Positions 16,675 through 20,000 of a DNA stretch of 20,000 nt are shown here, piece by piece. Source of the stretch: an uncultured virus (IMG/VR IMGVR_UViG_3300027969_000080) (lineage: Duplodnaviria > Heunggongvirae > Uroviricota > Caudoviricetes); IMG/VR virus record IMGVR_UViG_3300027969_000080, positions 56,076 through 76,075 of that record; one strand, given 5' to 3'. Position 1 is the first letter of the stretch. The number at the start of each line of letters is the position of its first letter. Under the pieces are notes generated by a model. It searched no databases, was not told the origin of the DNA, and worked only from the letters and a program-made list of their open reading frames with translations. The position numbers and the translations under genes are program-made.

Positions 16675-17361
16675 CTATAGGAATTTCATATAGTATTGTT
16701 CTACTCGTTTGAACCACATGTCCGAATACTTGTCAAATTCAGTACCTTCAATGATAAATTCTTGGTAAATATTGTCTTGGGTACACATAAAAATAACGCC
16801 CTTGCGTATTTTAGTGCCATGCACTTCGTTATGTGCATTAGCATATGCAGCTAATTGAACAAAATAATCATCAATCCATTCACGTTTTTTTAATTTGTTA
16901 GATTGCTTGTGGTCCATAATAGCATCACTCCCATCATGCACTCCACATAAGTCAGTAGTACCTGCATAAACTTTAGGGAAATACAAAGGAACTTCAGTGC
17001 CCCAGTATTCATTGCATTTCACTAATCCTTGTTCAATGATACTCTTAGCCATCTTATGACTTTGAATACTGTAAGGGTTACTTCCAGATTCTGTGACTAT
17101 ACCTGTCTTAATATAATCCTCAAGAAACTTATGCATTCGTGTTCCACGATTTGCTGCTTCAGTTGTAATCGCTTGTGCTTTTTGAGCACCCATGCGTTTA
17201 CGCCACTCGTTTAATGCTTTTTTACTTTCTTCTGATTTTGTTGCGTCTAGTATTGTTGTAACGCTGGGAAGTTTCTCGCCATCTGGGGTAGCGTATTTGC
17301 GAGTGCCGTTTATTGTTTCACGGCTGATTGGGACATAGTTATATTTGTTTGGGTTGTACAT
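16675..17361 (-). CDS. PD-(D/E)XK exonuclease (RecB/MGME1-like)
   Basis: LPSVTTIL, RGTRMH..LE, EVPLY, YAGTTD, IMDHKQS and YFVQLAAYA motifs. ATG at 17361; the track's start at 17364 is a TTG. Confidence 0.88.
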   Translation of the reverse strand: MYNPNKYNYVPISRETINGTRKYATPDGEKLPSVTTILDATKSEESKKALNEWRKRMGAQKAQAITTEAANRGTRMHKFLEDYIKTGIVTESGSNPYSIQSHKMAKSIIEQGLVKCNEYWGTEVPLYFPKVYAGTTDLCGVHDGSDAIMDHKQSNKLKKREWIDDYFVQLAAYANAHNEVHGTKIRKGVIFMCTQDNIYQEFIIEGTEFDKYSDMWFKRVEQYYMKFL

Positions 17362-17367
17362 CAATCA

Positions 17368-17396
17368 ATTGTACACAATTAAAGTAACATTGTCAA
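17368..17396 (-). promoter_or_regulatory. Sigma70-type promoter for the exonuclease gene
   Basis: TTGACA (17396-17391), 17-nt spacer, TACAAT (17373-17368), then 6 nt to the ATG. Confidence 0.82.
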
Positions 17397-17405
17397 ACTA
17401 TTCGG

Positions 17406-17732
17406 TTAGACCCTGAAACTCTCACCACATCCACATCTATCACGCTCATTTGGATTAGTGAATTCAAACCCTTCATTAAGTCCATTACGGACATAATCTA
17501 TATTCAATCCAGTTAAGTAGACTAGACTTTTCTCGTCTATTAATAAGATGAAATCTTTTTGAGCAAAATTAGTTACACCAACTTCAGGCTCATACTTATC
17601 TACATACTCAAGCACATAGGCTAATCCAGAACATCCTGTCGTTTTGACACCTATTCTGATACCCAACCCTTTGCCTCTTTTTGCAAGAGTTTGTTTTATT
17701 TTATTAGTTGCTTTGTCTGTGATAGCTATCAT
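17406..17732 (-). CDS. iscA: A-type Fe-S cluster carrier protein (IscA/HesB family)
   Basis: IAITDKA, GVKTTGCSGLAYVLEY, GLNEGFEFTNPN and CGCGESF; all three conserved Cys are present. Confidence 0.95.
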   Translation of the reverse strand: MIAITDKATNKIKQTLAKRGKGLGIRIGVKTTGCSGLAYVLEYVDKYEPEVGVTNFAQKDFILLIDEKSLVYLTGLNIDYVRNGLNEGFEFTNPNERDRCGCGESFRV

Positions 17733-18064
17733 TGAGTCGGCATAGCACTTTGTGCCATCTGTCCTACTATTTCTTGATTTTGTGTTTGATCTGGATTTTT
17801 CATCTCGTCATCATGCCCTTTAAAAATTACACTATCACCTTGTATATTTTTAATAACAGTATTCAATGGTGGATTCTGTATCATATCATACAAGTCAGTA
17901 ACATCTAATACGATGCCATATTCTTGTAGATATGATAAAAATTGATCCGTTGAGTAATTGTTAGGGTCTATGTGACCGTTGTCTATATCAGACTTAAGCT
18001 GATTGATAGCAACAATTAGTTTGGCACTTAACGGATCCGGGCCATCAAGTTCAAAAAGAAACAT
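17729..18064 (-). CDS. Hypothetical protein (possible head-associated protein)
   Basis: 111-aa acidic ORF packed between its neighbours, with a 1-nt gap upstream and an ATGA overlap with iscA. Confidence 0.75.
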   Translation of the reverse strand: MFLFELDGPDPLSAKLIVAINQLKSDIDNGHIDPNNYSTDQFLSYLQEYGIVLDVTDLYDMIQNPPLNTVIKNIQGDSVIFKGHDDEMKNPDQTQNQEIVGQMAQSAMPTQ

Positions 18065-18065
18065 A

Positions 18066-18788
18066 TTATCTCTTTGCTCTACCTACGCCACCTGATGGAG
18101 GAACTTCAGGAGCTTCCGGTGCTGGAGGAGGAACATCACCCATTCCCATATCAGCTTCTTCTTCGCCTGCTGCCATACCAGCATCCATGCCTGCATCCAT
18201 TCCAACGTCAGCACCCATGTCAGCACCAGCATCAAATGCTGCATCTACTGCTTGACCGGTAAGACCGTTTAATGCATTCTTCAATGCACTTGATGCTTCT
18301 TTCAATGTAGCAGATAATGAATCTAATTGTCCAGAAACTTCATCATTGTATGCTTGACTTTCGTTAACGCCAATTTCGCTTTCGATACTAGCAACTAATG
18401 CAGGTAATTCTTTAACTTGCATTTGACCTACATCTTCAAGCATTTTCTGTACTTGGTCTACCATGTCTTGTGCTGCTAATACAACTTGTGACTTTTCAAC
18501 TTCTTCATTCTCAACCATGATTCTTGGTTGAGGTTGTGAACGTAGTTCGTTATAGTGATCAGCAAGTGCTTGCTCCATAAACACCAACTTCATATATGAA
18601 GGAGATGTTTGACTATTGTGATAGTCAGAAGATTGTCTTGATTCATTCATCAATCCACGAACTTTTTGAAGCATGGTCCGTGTAGATGACATAGACATGT
18701 TCCCTACATTGAATGAAGTTTCATATTGTTCGTTTAATACTCTAGCAGAGTAACTGCGGCGATTGTTGTTTAGTTCGGTTAGTTTCAT
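18066..18788 (-). CDS. Acidic coiled-coil protein, putative prohead core/scaffold-type
   Basis: Helical E/Q-rich body, a DAGM-repeat and Pro-rich tail ending GRAKR, and a late box upstream; the function is inferred. Confidence 0.6.
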   Translation of the reverse strand: MKLTELNNNRRSYSARVLNEQYETSFNVGNMSMSSTRTMLQKVRGLMNESRQSSDYHNSQTSPSYMKLVFMEQALADHYNELRSQPQPRIMVENEEVEKSQVVLAAQDMVDQVQKMLEDVGQMQVKELPALVASIESEIGVNESQAYNDEVSGQLDSLSATLKEASSALKNALNGLTGQAVDAAFDAGADMGADVGMDAGMDAGMAAGEEEADMGMGDVPPPAPEAPEVPPSGGVGRAKR

Positions 18789-18815
18789 ATTTGTATTCCA
18801 GAGAAATATATAATA

Positions 18816-18823
18816 TATTTATC
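18816..18823 (-). promoter_or_regulatory. Late-like promoter box GATAAATA
   Basis: 27 nt upstream of the ATG at 18788. Confidence 0.7.
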
Positions 18824-18836
18824 TTTTCTTTCGTTA

Positions 18837-19313
18837 TTATGCGGATTTCATATTGAACTGTTTAGTCTGCCAAATCTTAGAAGTCTCTACATAACCGTCT
18901 AATTCTTCTAATATTTGCTTTTTTTCTAGTTTTTCTTCCCCTAATTTAGCCAAGTAAATTAGTTTTTCTTCTAGTTTTTTAGACTTTTTTGCTAGTCGTT
19001 GATGTACTATTATAGCAGCATCTATGCTTGACAATTTATTATCCAAATCATATATTCGTTTGGATTCGTATATGCTGTTGCGCTTGTCATAAGTACACCA
19101 AGCTACTGCATTTTTTAATACATTGAACGACTTGGTTCCTGCAATACGGTCTAGTTCTACAACATAATATCCATTATTTTTCTTAATGGAATATTTGCTG
19201 AACAGATAATATGATCCATCTGGACTTTGAATTATACTCAATTCGCTTAATTTTTTAATTTCAGCTTCAGGAATAGCTTTTGTTATTTTTCGTAATAGTT
19301 TATCACTAATCAT
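18837..19313 (-). CDS. Hypothetical basic protein
   Basis: 158-aa Lys-rich ORF overlapping the upstream gene by 8 nt. Confidence 0.75.
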   Translation of the reverse strand: MISDKLLRKITKAIPEAEIKKLSELSIIQSPDGSYYLFSKYSIKKNNGYYVVELDRIAGTKSFNVLKNAVAWCTYDKRNSIYESKRIYDLDNKLSSIDAAIIVHQRLAKKSKKLEEKLIYLAKLGEEKLEKKQILEELDGYVETSKIWQTKQFNMKSA

Positions 19314-19755
19314 TTGTTAATACTTTAAAATATATGTTTCTTAATTCATCACTTGAATCTAAGAATAATGGAAGATGCCCCCATTCAGTTCCGCATTTAA
19401 TCATTGGAACACGGTCACAATCACTATATAATGCCCCCAATTCACTTACCCCATCATAGAAAACACTTGGGTGATGCACCATAAAATCAAAGGACCAGCA
19501 TGGATAAGTCTCATCTTCAAATTGAGAAAACAAGAATCCAAACTCAGTAAACTCATCAAATCTTATCATATTTTTTTCAGGAATACGCACGATTTCTGGT
19601 TGACTACGCAATGAAATAGCTTGTTGCACTGTGTCAAAATTACTTTGTGTATTGCGTTTATAGCGCAATTCTTGATTCATATCAGGGCGGTGACGGTTGA
19701 GTACATTAGTCTGTGTGATATCAAATAAGGTATAACAAGTGATTGTGTAACTCAT
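19306..19755 (-). CDS. Hypothetical protein
   Basis: 149-aa ORF (ITCYTLFDITQT...RNTQSNFDTVQQAISLRSQP) downstream of a terminator and a late-like box. Confidence 0.8.
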   Translation of the reverse strand: MSYTITCYTLFDITQTNVLNRHRPDMNQELRYKRNTQSNFDTVQQAISLRSQPEIVRIPEKNMIRFDEFTEFGFLFSQFEDETYPCWSFDFMVHHPSVFYDGVSELGALYSDCDRVPMIKCGTEWGHLPLFLDSSDELRNIYFKVLTND

Positions 19756-19760
19756 ACTAG

Positions 19761-19768
19761 TATTTAAC
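19761..19768 (-). promoter_or_regulatory. Late-like box variant GTTAAATA
   Basis: 5 nt upstream of the ATG at 19755 and just after a terminator, so the gene probably needs its own promoter here. Confidence 0.55.
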
Positions 19769-19774
19769 AGAGGT

Positions 19775-19800
19775 AAAAAAACCCTAGAAAATCTAGGGTT
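19775..19800 (-). terminator. Intrinsic terminator
   Basis: AACCCUAGA-UUU-UCUAGGGUU followed by a U-tract, just after the stop at 19819. Confidence 0.88.
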
Positions 19801-19818
19801 CTTTTATACAGATATTGA

Positions 19819-20000
19819 TTAACCTGTGAATGTAGCTGAAGCTGAAACAACTACTGAATTTGCAGCACCGCCGGCTGTTAAGCCTGCACGAATAGCTGTT
19901 TGCAATGTTGCTGTAGTCCATGCAGCGACTGGATAAACAGCCATTGCCAATGTATCAGGACCTGCAGTTGTGAACTCATAGATGTAAACTGTAGCTAATT
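19819..20000 (-). CDS. 3' end of a probable structural protein, runs off the right edge of the window
   Basis: Hand translation gives ...LATVYIYEFTTAGPDTLAMAVYPVAAWTTATLQTAIRAGLTAGGAANSVVVSASATFTG*, followed by a terminator. Confidence 0.75.
   Translation of the reverse strand, partial: LATVYIYEFTTAGPDTLAMAVYPVAAWTTATLQTAIRAGLTAGGAANSVVVSASATFTG

Noticed and set aside
16675..17361. Cas4 or CRISPR-associated role for the exonuclease, or a direct IscA client
   Set aside because: It lacks the four-Cys Fe-S pattern of Cas4, and no repeat-spacer array or cas genes are visible.
18787..18809. A third start-occluding hairpin (ATATTT/AAATAT)
   Set aside because: It has only 6 A-U pairs, which is expected by chance in AT-rich DNA.
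1..20000. Alternative genetic code (stop-codon reassignment)
   Set aside because: Standard-code ORFs tile the window densely and known protein families end at their expected C-termini.

Overview
This AT-rich window comes from a large T4-like myophage genome and reads in the standard genetic code. It holds tail and neck genes (tail tube, a 1198-aa tail sheath, and gp13-, gp14- and gp15-like proteins), fibre-like and putative head proteins, and a holin-like protein. These are interleaved with nucleotide-metabolism genes (dNMP kinase, MazG-like, Nudix), a PD-(D/E)XK exonuclease, a degenerate HNH/zinc protein and an iscA auxiliary gene. The regulatory layer is unusually readable. There are two sigma70-type promoters and about 11 T4-late-like boxes, mostly GATAAATA. 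Both late genes lying directly downstream of a sigma70 unit carry a hairpin that buries the start codon and is broken by their own late promoter. Several genes appear leaderless, and one structural gene has a GC-rich three-hairpin 5' leader. All protein calls come from recognising motifs by eye; no database search was run.
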